Part shown: piece after piece, positions 63,871 to 64,000 of the stretch
Layout of the letters: each line of letters starts with the position of its first letter
Numbering within the stretch: position 1 is the stretch's first letter
Source: Bigelowiella natans CCMP2755
Taxonomy: Eukaryota > Protista > Cercozoa
DNA: 64,000 nt
NCBI GenBank assembly: GCA_000320545.1
Contig: ADNK01001960.1
Span: forward strand, 62,001-126,000
Direction: 5' to 3'
Position numbers and translations under genes: made by a program
The notes under the pieces: model-generated
What the model saw: only the letters and a program-made list of their open reading frames with translations
Told to the model about the DNA's origin: nothing
Databases searched by the model: none

Positions 63871-64000
63871 CATAGGTACGGTAGCTATTTACACATCAAT
63901 CAACCAACGCTGATCAATGATGGATCCTTCGATCAATGCGAAAAATGCAACCTTCTTTCATGACGACACGCGCGAATGCCATGGCGCAGCCATGACATCA

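Noticed and set aside
1-64000. CRISPR arrays, rRNA, snRNA, telomeric repeats, prokaryotic operons or defence systems
   Set aside because: None seen; all tandem repeats are simple microsatellites or tRNA duplicates without unique spacers of regular length.

Overview
Eukaryotic nuclear DNA, not prokaryotic: multi-exon genes with GT-AG introns (often with a CTAAC-like branch point just before the AG) and very dense microsatellites. A flagellar dynein plus at least one plastid protein with a signal peptide + transit-peptide leader suggest a flagellated alga with a complex plastid (chlorarachniophyte-like; inference). Genes read by eye: palmitoyl-protein thioesterase (+), RimI-like GNAT (-), WW-containing membrane protein (+), DEAD-box/GUCT helicase with a C-terminal S1 domain (+), 12-exon DNAH6-like axonemal dynein heavy chain (-), PAP/fibrillin (+), NAF1 (+), an orphan multi-TM protein (+), a SUN-domain protein (-), a 3-hydroxyisobutyrate dehydrogenase-like gene (+), and a bacterial-type PdxY pyridoxal kinase with two spliceosomal introns (+). 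RNA genes: two identical convergent tRNA-Thr(AGT) and a tight minus-strand cluster of three serine tRNAs (ACT, CGA, TGA), all with atypical features, followed by a 3'-half tRNA remnant. Mobile DNA: a dispersed family with GAGACGGATGTAATGAA ends (one complete 523-bp MITE with ACAT target duplication) and a decayed non-LTR retrotransposon 3' end. Most short ORFs in the supplied track are microsatellite artefacts. Exon boundaries and family assignments come from manual translation and motif recall, not from searches.
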